A DNA stretch of 64,000 bases from Ruditapes philippinarum (GCF_026571515.1 NW_026854950.1:1-64000), one strand, 5' to 3'; positions 38,330-53,274 are shown, counted from the stretch's first letter. Made by a program: numbers and translations. Notes: generated by a model from the sequence alone, not told the origin.

Positions 38330-38382
<53 letters not shown>

Positions 38383-39892
38383 GAAAATAGGCAAAGCCTT
38401 TGAACGGGGAAATCGGTTATAAAAATATCGTTATATTTTTTTACATTTTCCGTTTTTAAAGTGCAATTCGGTATTTTATACACTGCTTCCGTTTATTCTG
38501 GTTCCATTTCCTATTATGGTTCCCATAGAAGTGCACAGGAGACCAGTCTACGCATCCGTTTTCAATCACAATTCCTCGGCTTTTATCCTTATCTTGTAAT
38601 TCGAAAACTTGCGATTGGTCTATTATCCAAATTTGCAGTACTTCCGGCGAAAGTTTTCAAAACCATCACTATCTTGCAGGTACTTGCGTTACCGCAAAGC
38701 GTGCATTATTTAGAAGTTTTAACATAGTACATTTCGGCTGCCGAAAAGGGCGAACTTTTAGCATTTAATTACTCAAGCGCTTGACCTTGTATATACTGAA
38801 TACGGTTTTTAGTGTGGTACTCCCATTATTTTTTTAGTCTCACTCTTTCTAGAAAATGTATTCTTTCAACCGTCATCGCAAAAACTGGCGACCTGTTTAA
38901 ACTGACCTTTTTCCATGGGGATTACTTTATTGTTAATTTTTAGATAGATGGACAATAACGAACAAGCTCACTTAAAAATGTAAAATCTGATGAACAAAAA
39001 CAGGCAGGGGCCTCGATTTCTAAGTTTAAACATATTGAAGAAAGAATATTGCAGTAAAAGAATACTTCAAGAAAGCAAACGGTTTTGAATAAATTATTCA
39101 TGTAATTCGAATTTCATTTTTGACATTGGCGGTCAAAATCATTCAAAGGTCAAAGTCATATTTGAATTAATCATCATTGTCAGTTTTGTCATAAATAACA
39201 GCCACTGGAAAATTTTTGCACTACCGGGAAAATGGCAAACTTCACCTACCATATATACTTGCCCTAAACACTTAAAAATCATTTCATCTGATAGATTTAA
39301 GGTTAATTATAAATAATTGACTTCATTTAAAGCTTTATTTAAAAAAAATCTTATCAAAAAATTGTATTTTAAAAAATTTGTCCGGCCGGAATTTCATGTA
39401 TTACGCCCGGAATTATGCTGTCCGGGCGGAATTTATTTATACTCCATTTTGATTTTTTTTCCAATATTTTTATTTACCCCAACGGGAATTTCAATTTTTC
39501 CATCAACCCTTAAACTATAAAAATCACCATTAATACATCCTATAATGACTTTCTGACTAGTTTTGAAGAACTTATTCGCTTAAATAAATAAAAAATCCCA
39601 CCCACTTTTAAAGCTGGAAAATATTCCAACAGGATTTTTACAGAATAATTTTAATAAGTATAAATCGATGATAATTAAAGGGAAATGATAATTTCCGATA
39701 GAAATTTACATAATTGCACACGCTGAATTACCAATAAGGTGTTTTGAAAAAATGTAAATCCAATTATTTTTGTTGGAAAAAATTCCAACTGGATTTTTTT
39801 TCCATTAAAAGTTTTTGGAAAAGAATCCAATTGGATTTTCCTCAATTGATTCATTTTCAAATGATTCGACAGTTATCCATTTGGTTTTCTTT

Positions 39893-40199
39893 NNNNNNNN
39901 NNNNNNNNNNNNNNNNNNNNNNNNNNNNNNNNNNNNNNNNNNNNNNNNNNNNNNNNNNNNNNNNNNNNNNNNNNNNNNNNNNNNNNNNNNNNNNNNNNNN
40001 NNNNNNNNNNNNNNNNNNNNNNNNNNNNNNNNNNNNNNNNNNNNNNNNNNNNNNNNNNNNTAAAATTTNNNNNNNNNNNNNNNNNNNNNNNNNNNNNNNN
40101 NNNNNNNNNNNNNNNNNNNNNNNNNNNNNNNNNNNNNNNNNNNNNNNNNNNNNNNNNNNNNNNNNNNNNNNNNNNNNNNNNNNNNNNNNNNNNNNNNNN
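39893..40199. other. Assembly gap (N run with an 8-bp island)
   Basis: N characters. Sequence 39200-39892 looks low quality, with many homopolymer runs. Confidence 0.99.
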
Positions 40200-41422
40200 C
40201 CTTTATCCATGGGGATTACTTTATTGTTTATTTTCTACATAGATGGACAATAACGAACAAGCTCACTTAAAAATGTAAAATCTGATGAACAAAAACAGGC
40301 AGGGGCCTCGACTTCTAAGCTTAAACATATTGAAGAAAGAATATTGCAGTAAAAGAATACTCCAAGGAAGAAAATAAAAACGTTTTTTTATAAATTATAC
40401 ATGCAATTCTAATTTCATTTTTGACATTGACGGTCAAAATCATTCAAAGGTCAAGGTCACATTTGAATTAATCATCATTGTCAGTTTTGTCATAAATGTA
40501 CTTTTATCCAAGAATAAACAAAATCCATAAATGAATAACAAAGTTATGCCAACTTAATGCAATTTCAATAATTTAACCTTGACGCTTAATGTCAATAAAA
40601 AGACAAGGTCATATCAGAATTATTTAACACGTCGGTTTGTCATATGTCTTCTTTTGTTCAAGTATAAATCAAATCTGTAAATAAGTAATAAACTAATGGC
40701 AATTTAAGCTAATTTCAATAATATGACGTTGAAGGTCAAGATAAATTAAACGTCAATGTCATTTCAGAATAATTCAACATGACAGTTTAGTCATATCTGT
40801 TCTTTGGTTAAAGTATAAAACAAATCCTTAAAAAGATTATAAACCTATGAAATTTAATTAAATTTCCATAATTAATTGAACATTGAAGGTCAAGGTAAAT
40901 TAAAGGTCAAAGTCATTTACGAAGACTTCATGCTGATTTTGTCATATGTGTTCTTTTGTCCAAGTATGAATAAAATAACAAAGTTATGACAATTTGAGCA
41001 AATTTCAATAATTTGACCTTGAGAAAGGTCAAAGTCATATCAGAATAATTCAAATTTTAGTTTAGTTATGTGATCTTTTGCCAAAGTATCAAATCCGTAA
41101 AACAAAATTATGAAAATGTCACCAAATTACAATAAGATATAATTACCAGTCTCCATTGAAAGAAGTATTGATTAATTGAAGAGTAAAACCGTGTACAAAT
41201 AACCAAACTCCATATATAACTTACACACCGAATACTTGAATATATATTTGTATAGGCAATTCTCTTTGTATGATAAATATTTTGTTCAGTTTTTTTATGT
41301 CGGGGGATCAATATGTATCTGCGCCTGACAGAAGGTCTATAGTCAGTCTGATTGCTCATGTTTCTGACAGCAACATTACTGATTTCATGATTCCTTGGTA
41401 AGTGAAGATGTCACACCATCAA

Positions 41423-44400
41423 TCAACAGGGAAGTCCCGTGTTTTTATTTCCGTATCCTAGTTCACATCCCCCTGTACACATCAGCTCCTCTCCCGTTGT
41501 AAACGTGGCATCAACAGCCAAGAAAAGGGAAGCAAGTCCAACCTCTCGTGGTTTACCTATTCTTTGAATAGTCTGAAATAAATGATTGGAAATAGCGTTG
41601 CAATAAAGTAGCCTTACTGCAATGTTTTCCCGCCAAAAAAAATTTCTAACATCGGTAAGTATCGTAATAAATCCGTAATTTCCGGAACGTTACTTTTCAC
41701 GATCTTAGATATTCAATATTTCTGACTGTTTATAACCGGAATATACAGATAAAGGATGAGTGTTTATAAATAATCTAAGACCCAAGATTTTGAAAGAATA
41801 ACGTCCGGAAATAACCGACATGCTACGATATTGACCGAGGTTAGAATGTTTTGGCGGGAAGGCATACGTAATCAAAGTACTGAAAAGACGATGATGATTT
41901 TTGTATTTTGCAGGATTGTTTTTCCAAACATTTTAGACAATAAAGATGGAAGCGTATCTCGTGATGTACTCATTACTTATCATTTATAAAATGATTGCTT
42001 GATGTATCGGGCCTTATCAGTCCGTGAACTGTTTTAATGTTTACATACTTATAGATGTTCAGTCTTGAAAGTTAAAAATGTCGGAATTTAAAAAGAGGAA
42101 ACACTACAATTTTTAATAAGATATTAAGCTGAATTTTAACTTTTGTATAACTCATAATTAAAATTTCAAAACGACAAAACAAAAGCTAAATGCGTTGACG
42201 GTTTTATTTGACATGAGAATGTTACCGGAAACCGACATGAAGTATTGTCTACGGAAGGTGGAAAACACGGCAACGAGTCTGATATGGCGTTATTTTAAGT
42301 TGTACTGCACACGAAAACAAAAAAAATAATGAAATCAGTTTGGTAATAGTGTTACATAAAACAACATGTTTGCATGAGGAAATCTGATTTGTAGCATAAA
42401 TCAGATATGTTATCTTAAACTCTTATATCTATATATCTGCACAAATGCATTCAACTTACATGACAACTTTCCAGCGTTGCAATAGTCTCCTTCGGCCAAA
42501 CCTCGCGTAGTAACGGTGTTTCTATAGCTCCTGGAGCAATACTAGAATGAAAGTACGCATTACAATTCAGAATTTAAGCATTTTCATGACAATTTTTAAA
42601 ATGTATTTAAAAGTGGATATTGTTAAGTGAGCAAAGACAATAATTTACACATTGTAAAGAACAACCCAATTAATTACCAAAACAGGTCAAAATAAGCAAA
42701 AATAGCGCTTACTACGTTCGTAACGCAGTAGAAATATGGTATCCCACACCACATGTACATTATTACCTGAATCTTAAATCTGTTTCACTTTTCTTCAAAT
42801 CATAGTCCATTTTTCTCGAGTATAATTTTCTTGAAATATTTTGCTGCTTTAATTCAAATGAACTATTTTACTTTACATGAACATCAAATGATACTAAAGT
42901 CTGGATGCATGAACTATTTGTTGTAGTTATATTACATGGTAGGTACATGAAGTCAGTGTCACGAGTATTATTTTAGCCTCAACCCGTTGTGTATTTCATA
43001 TATTATTTTGACGTCATATTTATTGACCTTTCCTTCGATATCGTCATTTTATGAAAAAAGTGCAAAATAAATAAGATCTTACAAAAGAATTATTTGGACC
43101 ATCAACGTAGGGAATATATTTCTTTACAGTGAATGAATGCATTCATTTTTTTTTCGTAATGAAGAATTCATAACTTACGAGTTCACCCTCACTCCATACT
43201 TGGCCTCGTCAATAGCCAGTGCTTTTGTCAGTGATTTGACGCCACCCTTTAATTTAGAAAACTCAAATATAAGAAAACTCAAATACGTTAATCATTATAT
43301 AGTTTTATTGAACTAATATACATATACGAGTATTATTTACAAAATGTAGAAAAAAATGGTAACATATGAAAAAGAACATTAAGCTTGTTTTAGCATTGCT
43401 TTAACAAATCACTAAGCTGGCTTAGTTCCGATACGGTGTTCCGCGATTTCATTATGGTGCAAACGCGATTGTATGATGGTGATGACGCGATGGTACGATG
43501 GTAAAAACTCGATATAACATCGCGTTTCTACCACCGTACCATTGCGACATCGCTATTTCCCCCACGTACCATCGTGTTTTCATCATCGTGTCGTCGAACC
43601 ATCACGTTTTTACTATTGCACGCTCGTGCATCGCCGGCCAGGACAAAATAAAAAAAAACACGATTGTCAAAACGGAACACTGTATTTGTAATAATGAATT
43701 GAATATCGTTTCACAGAAATGTGTAATTTGTTATATGCAATTATCAATATGTTATTTAAAGTGAATTGGTCCAAAATGGAAGATCTGCTATACCATAAAT
43801 AATTATTTTGAAAGTTTTTAGTATTATAAATAACAACAAACCACCAAAGCATTATACATGTATGTTTTTGGAAAGTGTGAGATACATGATCCAACATTAC
43901 ATATCTATACAGTATATCTGGAACAAACAATTACTTTTCATCATAGACTAATAAATGTTCATACTAAATAACTTAGGACTTTAACGAAATGTTTGGAAAA
44001 GAAATAGTTCAACGGAATATCCGAATAATACATTTTTATTGTTTATATCAATATCTGAAATACTTATAAAAATTGCGCACTATGTAGACCAATCCACTTA
44101 AGTGAAAACTTACTTTTGTAGCGCAGTAAGTTGTTGAGTTCTTGAATGCAGCATTGGCACTGATACTTGATATGTTAACAATTGAGCCCTTTGTTTTTCG
44201 TAGATATGGGAGCGCATACTTAAACAAGAAGAAAATATAAACTTTCAAATATGTAACCTCACTTGTCGTTGGATAATCGTGATATTTTTATAATCTATAT
44301 ACACGGCTGCTGTCAATTTATGAAGTTATGTTAGTTTTTCTCAAATAATGTTGGTCTTCCATACTGTATCGTTATTAAGATGTCTAACACGTTATATGGT

Positions 44401-47400
44401 CCAGTGAGCCGGGTTATTAAAGCTTCATTTCCGTCTTCACTTAAACATATAACCTGTCCCTAATAAAGTACAGGCATACAATTATGGAAATATGATAAAT
44501 TAGATATGGTTGAATCAATCATAAAAGAACATATTATCTAAATCCATGATTTACATTGTACATTGTTAAAGCCTATGATTAAAGTATAGGTATCACCTCG
44601 GTCAATATGTCATCTGCCGTTGAATATCACACCATATTCAAATATAGCTTTAGATGTATATGTACGATAATTCTTGTATATTTGATAATGGTCATCGCTT
44701 ATTTGTAAATGTCTGACTAAATGTATACATCTATTTTGATTACCTACCCTGCTTATCTTTTAAAACCTTCCCTTGATTATCAACCTTGCTTATATGACTG
44801 CCGTTGCTTATAATTATGATAATCTGCGGCTACTTACAAAATAAAATAAAAATCTGACGTTGCTTATATGAAAACCTGCTGTTGCCTAAATAAAGACCTG
44901 ACATTGCTTTTACTTATATGATCACCTGCCGTTGATTACATGGAAATCTGTCATTGCTTATATGAAATCTACCGTTACGTATATGATCACCTGCCGTTGA
45001 ATACATGGAAATCTGTCACTGCTTATATGTAAACCTGCCGTTGCTTATATGAAAATCTGCCGTTGCTTATATAATAATCTGTCATTGCTTATAAGATCAA
45101 TTGTCGGTGCTTATATAATAATCTAATTTGGTCACGTGATACCGAAATTACATGGAAAACTAACCTTGCTTGCAGTAAAATTACTAATTAAATTATCCTC
45201 CAATAGGTCCCGGAAGTTTTGTACAGATATCTCGTCAATACTTTTTGGACCATAATCTGAAAAAAAAATCCAGGTCAAAGGTCAATCAGTTTTCATGATA
45301 TTTTTCAGTTTAAAATAAAAATCTTAATTTAAATCTTTCAAAGTATTTCAATAATCAATTCTTTAAAAGCTCCGATTTTTTTAATAAAAAGTCAAAAAGA
45401 TATACAAACATTTCAAATACCGAATATAATTTAATCGTAATTAAAAAAAGAAATTGTAAGAAAAAAGATGACCGGGGCTGAACGGGGTAAGTGATGGTGT
45501 CTAATTGCTTAAAGCGACGATCAAATGCTCTGGTTGCAAAAATTGCGGACAAAAAAGCTTTTTGGAGTCAGTGGGGCAATTTTGTTTGCTTTGAAAAAGC
45601 ATTTATCACTTTATAAAAGCACGTAAAAAATATGTTAGCGATCGTCCGGTCGCATAAAATGTAAAACATATGCTCACGGACCGCTACCGACAACAACACA
45701 GCCACATCGGATCACCGGAAAAGTTATCTAAAAAATCCTCACGCAAAAGATTCAACGAAAAGTCCAACAGTCAGAGCCCTGATTCGAAATGTGCAAAAGA
45801 ATGAAAAGGGAATTGCAGCCATTCAATCAAATCTAAATTAAAGCGTTTGTGTGAGAAGTTGTTTTTTTTATATTTTTGTTGCAAATAAATGAAGCACTCA
45901 GAATGGAGGGAAAATGGACCTTATTAATATTCAGAAACTAAACCCCGCCCACTATGGAATGATTATGGAGCACTCAGATGGGAGGGAAAATGGACCTTAT
46001 TAATTAATATAATTCAGAAACTAAATCCCGCCCACTATGGAACGCAGAAGGGAGGGAAAATGGACCTTATTAATAATTATTCGGAAACTAAATCCCGAAC
46101 ACTTTGGAATGATTATGATGAATTCAATACTTTGGGCAAAACAGCATACGACTGAACTGTTTCTTTGCATATCCGGTTTGAACAACACTAAATATTTTGT
46201 GCATTCATAGCTCCACTGAGGTCAAAAAGCCTGAAACACAAAATTTGACATTCCTACATAGATTAAGTCATGCATTTATAATATAAAAAATAAAGTAATT
46301 AACTCAGAATTTCTTTTTCTTTTTGATGCGATTTTTAGCCTGATTGAATGAAAAGCACTGCAACATTTTTCATTTTTGTCTCAAATGGTACACAAAACTC
46401 GGACAAATATTTCCAGTCACATACAGCCGTAAAAAAAACCTAAGTCGAGTCTTTTTAAGCACACCGCATTTAAATTTTAATACTAATTTTCGAGCCGGTT
46501 TGCATTTTGCATGAAATGCATTTTACGTATGTTTTGTTTGGTTGTTAAATTAGCAGCATTTTTGTTCGGCTAGAATCGTGATTATGAATTAAAGAAGGCG
46601 GAAATTAAAGGACAACTGTGGGTTTTTTAACTTTAAGGATATATTTATTCGAGACTTGCATAGTCTGTACTAATAATTTGTATTGCAACGTTTTGCATTC
46701 AACCAAGGCCAAATATCGAGCAAAAAAGATATACCATGCTCATCCTTGGGTAAAATATTTTAATCAAAACATTTATTGAAATCTTTGAACTTCATACCGA
46801 ATATGTCTAATTTGAATATAAGAATGAATAAGTTATGTATTTGAAGCTGCGTTCCCTATTACAGGTCAAGTAAAGTTGGCCTTTGTATGGTGGTAGTAGT
46901 TTTCACGACGGATCACGGCAGTAAGTCACATTGAATTTACCAGAGCAGAGTTCAGCCACCGTATCGTTCCTGGGCAGGCTGGCAGGCAGTCTACCAGTAT
47001 TAGTTGCTTCCACTTTCGCAAGGAACAGAACTTCTGTAAATGCCAAAGCAGAGGTACAGTGCGAATGACCGTAGAAAAGATTTCATGATCAATCACGACG
47101 AAAGTGACCTGCACCGATTCATAGTCCAACGCATTACCCATTGAGCTAACCGGAGAACCTAAAGTTGGTCTTTTTTTTAAAAACACTACCTACATATTCA
47201 TATTGTGACATCCTTTAGAGTGTTGAATTTTAAACATAACATTTCTACTCTGTGTGAAGTCAAAACATCATTATTTCATATTTACAAAGATACTTTGTAG
47301 CAAATCCTGGCAATTTTCAAATCTGAGCATCGTATATCTTTCATTCAGTATATCGATCTATCTATATCTATCTTCATCGTCTTTTGTAGAATTTTCCATT

Positions 47401-49768
47401 TAAAGAGCATAACTTTATCAATATAAGCAAGAATGTCAAACTTAATGTTTTTAGGCTTGTTGACCACAGTGGAGCTCCGTTAATGGCAACCGTCCGACTT
47501 TCATACTGAAAAAAATCATGGCCATAAGAGAGATGTGCATTAACTGTAGCTTATTCTATCCAAACGAACAGAGTGCCGACCAAGATCAGTCGGCACATCC
47601 GGGTCATCTGATCATGGTCTGCAGATCTGTACTGTACGTTATTCAAGTCAATACAAATTATTCAAATTTCCCTTGAAAGATAAAGACTTGTCTTGTCCAG
47701 GATAAAAGATGGACGAGTCCATTTAACATGTTTCGCATGGTAAGTGTTAATTAATATTTTCTTGTACTTACAACATCCAACATTGTTTACAAGACAGTCT
47801 ATTTTACCCAGTTTCTTCACGGTTTCTTCCACGCAATTCTGTAGACCAAAAACATCCAAAGTATCAATGAGCCGAATAAAAAATTAAAACAACTTTAAAT
47901 AACCTAACAAATGAATATATACCTATTTCCTATAAAAGCATTACAAGAAAAAAAAAAAGTACAAAAAACTTGGAATAATACAACACGGGTACAACAACAA
48001 AACACTGTTTGAATTAGTGAAACAATGTCAATTCTTATGAGTGTAACTTATGGAAAGCTTAACATTTAAGTAAGTTGTTAAGTGGAAAGCTTTTTTTCTA
48101 TTATTTTTGCACAAAAAATATAGCCCAAGTATAACAGCAAAATAACAAAGCCGTTTGGCGCTTTGTCATGTTGTCGGTAGCGCTAACACGACGCACGAAA
48201 GCGTTCCAAATCAGCCATCATAGCAATGCGTCTTTTTCGTGCATTAACATCTGCAGAAGCCCCCGAAATTATTAAAATTTCTAGTCTTAAAATTTGTTTT
48301 CGTATACGATGAAATTAACCCTCTGATATTACACGCCTAAGATGTGCAGTACTATAATTATGGTGGCAGCCCCTTCGAAAGATTAAATTTAAAAGCGCCA
48401 GACTCATCTGATATTGCAAAGATATGTACCTTAACTTCTTCTTCTTTTCTCATGTTGCAGTGAAAGTATATTATTTCCCCCGGTCCAACAGACTTCATGG
48501 CTTGTCCGACATCGTCTGTAAAAAGAATAAATAGTGCGTGCGTGAAATGAAATTTAAGTACATTTGTATCTATCTTCAACTGTAATTTTTATCAATGCGT
48601 TCATGCTTTAGTGAATTTAGTTATTTTATACATCTGTGCTCTAGTGAACCACGTGATTTTATACATCTGTACTAAAATTAATCACGTGTATTTGACATGA
48701 TCAATTACTGACTCATCGTGGGTTACCCACGGTATATATTCCGTACATACTATATACTACTAGATAATGTAGTATGTACGGAATATATACCGTGGATAAC
48801 CGACGATGTTACTGGCTTAAGTCAAGTTGGTTAACTAACGTCAAGTTGGCTTCTTTTTAAACGATAAAAAAGTAAAACAATAGTTACCATTGATGTCAAA
48901 AACTGCTACTTTTCCACCTTGTTCAACTGAAATATTGAATGCAATAATAAGTAATGTTGTTTTGTTGTTTTTTCTTCTTCTAAATTTCACCCTTTAAAAA
49001 TACATGTAAAGGTACGAAACTATGTATTTTTGTGTAAAGTCATATATATAAATGTTCAAAATGGTAGAATATAGTGTAAACATATATTGAATTCAAAAAA
49101 AATTATTTCCACAGTAAATAAGGTCAAAAATTTTGAATTGTCACTATCTGGATGTTTAAAAGAATCAGTAAACGCCGGTATGAGACAACCAATTTTTTTA
49201 AGACTGTACTAACGGCAAAAACGTCGTCAAATTGCGGAAAGTGACATTTGTGGTCGAATATTTGCAAGTCTGAAGCTGAATGTAACCGAATTGATGCCAG
49301 TCCTAGACTGAGAATGACAAAATAATAAATGCAAACTTGAATGTGACCGAATTGGTCAAATTTATGCCAGTCTTAGACTGAGAATGACAAAAGAATACAT
49401 GTGCAAAATCGAAAGTTACAAGATTGGTCGAATTTAATTAATTTTGAAATAAATATCAAAGAATATGGCGTCCGCGAATCAGACCTTATATTCAAGATTT
49501 AATCATATACTGATTTTAATGCGAGATTCTGACTTTGGTCAAAAATAATTGAAAACGACATGACGGGAGGGTAAGTAACTAATCTAAAGAGGCTTTTTGT
49601 ATGAAATGTGTTTAATTTAAGTAACAGAGGTATTTACTATATCTAAATACATAAACTTCATTTACCAAACACATCAACACAGCCTCGACCGATCCCTTGT
49701 ACTCCACCGGTCACTATGGCAACTTTGTCTTTAAAACGTAAAGCTGGTTGGTTTGCTATATTTGCCAT
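41423..49768 (-). CDS. HSD17B14: HSD17B14-like short-chain dehydrogenase/reductase, copy C (9 exons, 263 aa, intact)
   Basis: Exons (minus): 49768-49666, 48926-48888, 48515-48430, 47838-47772, 45256-45165, 44218-44114, 43246-43179, 42541-42460, 41572-41423. Same sizes, GT-AG, no stops. 8 aa differences from A by my count. Confidence 0.93.
46885..47155 (-). mobile_element. tRNA-derived SINE, family 3; 5' remnant at ~11252-11315, another relic at ~57120-57315
   Basis: Head CCGGTTAGCTCAATGGGTAATGCGTTGGACT, central GATTGATCATGAAATCTTTTCTACGGTCATTC, (ACC/ACT)n tail, imperfect TSD TAAAGTTGG(C/T)CTTT. Confidence 0.75.
48714..48808. mobile_element. 95-bp hairpin MITE with 9-bp TSD (Mutator-like), copy C intron 2
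   Basis: ~40-bp arms CATCGTGGGTTACCCACGGTATATATTCCGTACATACTA / TAGTATGTACGGAATATATACCGTGGATAACCGACGATG. TSD TTACTGACT / TTACTGGCT. Empty site in A and B. Confidence 0.8.
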
Positions 49769-50254
49769 GCTGTAATTATAAATTTTTGTAGTAGTTTTAT
49801 TTCTATTATCAAACATTCAGATATAACTTAAGCTTTTCTCACATATTTTTCGGTCGTAAACTGTTTGCTTTCATTCTGACTTCCGGTAAATACGGGCTAT
49901 TTGCCATCCTGTTCCCGATACTTGCCGGACACGCAATCAGTGTTCTACGATATAGGTTTAGCATAGTTAAAAATAACACTCGGAAATTAAAGGCAACCGT
50001 AAAACGCACTGCCGAGTATCTTTTAATTACTATAAATATAATATATATAATTGGCTATATGTACGGTATGTACTTGGTCCCATTTGAAGGAAGCAGTTTT
50101 TGAGTTATTTTAGACTTGGACGCCTCACTTTTTTCTTCACCAAGATCTCACTGTATTTTAATGCAGCAACTAACTTTATAAGTATTTTGATCAATCTAAA
50201 GTATTTTATGCTGGTGTTTTCACTTAAAAATTACATATATAAGACATATAGCAT

Positions 50255-50420
50255 ACCAACGCCGAGATTAACAACAACCATTTAGGTAACCCGGCCGCCG
50301 AGATAAACAATAGCCATTTAGGTGGACCGGCCGCCGAGATAACCAACAGCCATTTAGGTAGACAGGTCATCGAGATTAACAACATCCATTTAGGTAGACC
50401 GATTGCCGAGATTAACAGCA
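50255..50420. repeat. 36-bp minisatellite upstream of copy C (~4-5 units)
   Basis: Same consensus, much shorter array. Confidence 0.88.
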
Positions 50421-52519
50421 AATGTGTTTAATGGTAGTATAAAAACCAGAATATCACAAATTGCCTCTGCCATATCACAAATTGTCTCTGTTAATTTATA
50501 CAGATATGTGAAATAGATGTAATAGAATGGCTGATGCATAAAGACAAAATAATGTTATCTTTATGAAATTCTTTACAGAAATTACGTCACACTTTGCACC
50601 TAGGCTAAGTCACGCTATCAAAACAAAACCGAACAAAACAAGATTCAATATCTAGATAATTCAAGTCTAATTTCGTATTTGAAACACCTCACTGGTTACA
50701 CGTATTCATTATGATGGAAATGGTTGGCGATATGTAGCTGTTAACATGTTTTTACAAGTTTATACCACCAGCAAAAATTATAACATTTTCTTTACCTGAT
50801 TGGTATTTGCTACACTTAAAAATTGATTAAATTCACAACAAGTCACTGGTTTATTCTAAATTATTCTCTACCTTTACAAAATATGATATTTTAATATGAT
50901 TAATTTAATTCTGCCACATTGTTCAAAAATTGCAAAAATATAACCATTTTTTTTCAGGAATTATTATAATAATAACGTACTTTATGCAGCAAGTCCTCAA
51001 TTATCCTATAATGTTTACAATATCTATATATTTTTACACACGTCAGTTTCACGCTAAATCATTTAAACATTAGACACTGCGTAAATAAAAATTCATATCT
51101 AGAAGGCGACCTTATGACCCGAACTTCGCATGGTTTATCTACAAGTCTAGTTCCCCTGCAATAAATATTTGTTTTTAAAGGGACTACACTGAGTTTTAAA
51201 CGCTTAGAAATATAATATATGATTTTTTACATAAATGAGCTAGAGTACTTAAAACAGAAATATATGCAAAGATAGTTAAGAAATATACTTTGAAATAAAT
51301 TGAAAATCGTATTTTTATGCTTTTCTTAGCCCGATTTGAGTGAAAAGTGTTTAAACGCATTTTTTTTACATTTTGAATAATTATTTTGGAAAAATGAAGT
51401 GTGCGAATGATCTGAAATTTTGCACAAAGATTAGTGGTCTAACCCTTCACCAAAGTGGTACATTTAAATAGAAACAAAAGTTCAGTCCCATCATGTCAAA
51501 AAAAACCTTTAGTGGAATCCTTTAAGATTAAGTACGCTAAAATCTTAAAGAAAGATTAAATTAGTTAGACAACAAGGTGTTTGATAAGTGCGTTTACGCT
51601 ATTATTTTCTCAATTTTTATAATAAAACTCAAATATTCGATAACGATATAATTAAGTCTATGCATTTTTTTTAAAACGTGTTTAATGACCATTTTAAATA
51701 TGCAATAATAACCAAACAAAAAAAATGTTACCACTCCCAGCTAGTTGTCTATATTTAACATTACTTTCTTTATCTACCAATTATTACATTAGGTATATAA
51801 TTTTGCAGGTGTGAACTGCATTGAAAACTCTTAATTTTCATATATTAAGCTCTTATATTCATGTACCTTAAATTTGGACATAAAATTTATGACATGCTAT
51901 TTATGTACAAACTTTGACATAGTTTCACTCGTGAGTGCATAAAGGTCACATTTTGACCAGTGTCAGATAAAGATCAAGCTAACATAATTATGGAACGTCA
52001 AACATGCTAGGTTTAACTTTTCTCCAATTATTTAAATCTACTAAGCTGTAGTTTATAGTGGCTGATTTGTGCCATGTCGTATTTTCGCTCCGCTGGGCGC
52101 CAGGTGAAAACACGAAAATATGGCAAAGTGACGACAAAGTGAGCGAAAATACAACATGGCACAACTCGGCACATAGAAGTTCAATAAACTCCAACGCATG
52201 ACTTTCATATATGTTAACCCCAACCCTCCCCCACCCTGCTGTATTTGCGTAATGGATTTGCCCTTCTTTGAATTTGGAAAATTACTTTCAAAGAGTATTT
52301 CAATATGAAAATGAAGAAAATGATCTACCAACAGTATATTTGACCTGATTTAACGTTAGTTTTAGCAGTAATGCTAACTTATGTTATGTCATGGGTAGAT
52401 CTAAAATAACGACATAATATCCACGTGCTCATAAAACATTTTAATTATCTAAACTAAAATATAAATAATGTATATTGCATGACAGATCTTAAGCTGTGAC
52501 GGTAGTATAAAAACTGTAG

Positions 52520-52980
52520 AGACGCTTTTATAAAGAGGCTGTACTCTATCATAAATGGGATGTTCTACATTAGAAAGGGACTGTATTATATTATAAAAGG
52601 GGTGTGCTACATTACAAAGAGGCTGTATTATAATAAAGGGGCTGAACTCTATTATAAACGGGTGTGTTTTATTGTAAAATGGCTTTATTATAATAAAGCG
52701 GTACTCAATTGTAAAGCGTCTGTACTCTGTGATAAATTATAAAGGGACTGTACTCTATTATAAAGGGGCTCTACTCTATTATAAAGGGGTTGTGCTCTAT
52801 TATAAAGGGGCTGTACTATATTATAAAGGGACTTTGTTTTATTATAAAGGGACTTCGAGGCTGTACTAATATTTTAAAGGCATGTGCTATAATAAAGGGA
52901 ATGCTCTCAAAAATAAAAGGACTATACTATTTTATAAAGGTGCTGTATTATATTATTAAGGGGCTGTACTCTATTGTGAT
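52520..52980. repeat. ~22-bp minisatellite TATTATAAAGGGGCTGTACTC-like; shorter array at ~18410-18610; largely deleted in unit 2
   Basis: Tandem degenerate repeats. Explains the IIKGLY ORFs 52560-52742 and 52790-53095. Confidence 0.85.
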
Positions 52981-53274
52981 GAGCTGGGGTCTACCATTAT
53001 CAATGGCCCATACGCATCAAGTGTCATGTTACCAGATTGACCATTGCTGCAATGGGTCAATATACAATTTGGTTACAGCAAGTATAAGAGCTTAAATTAA
53101 AGATCTGATAATTGGAAATTTAAATAATAATCTTCACACCTCCTTTAACAATTTGTAATAGTGGCTATAATAATATGCGAATGTGTGAATTGGAAAGAGA
53201 GTTAACTGAATTGAATTGACATAAACTTGGCGTTCCATATATAGGTAAAAAATGACTTATTTATAACAGTCAAG

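Noticed and set aside
39675-40253. ORFs at and across the N run
   Set aside because: Artefacts of Ns and low-quality flanking sequence.
52560-53095. IIKGLY-repeat ORFs
   Set aside because: Translation of a ~22-bp minisatellite.
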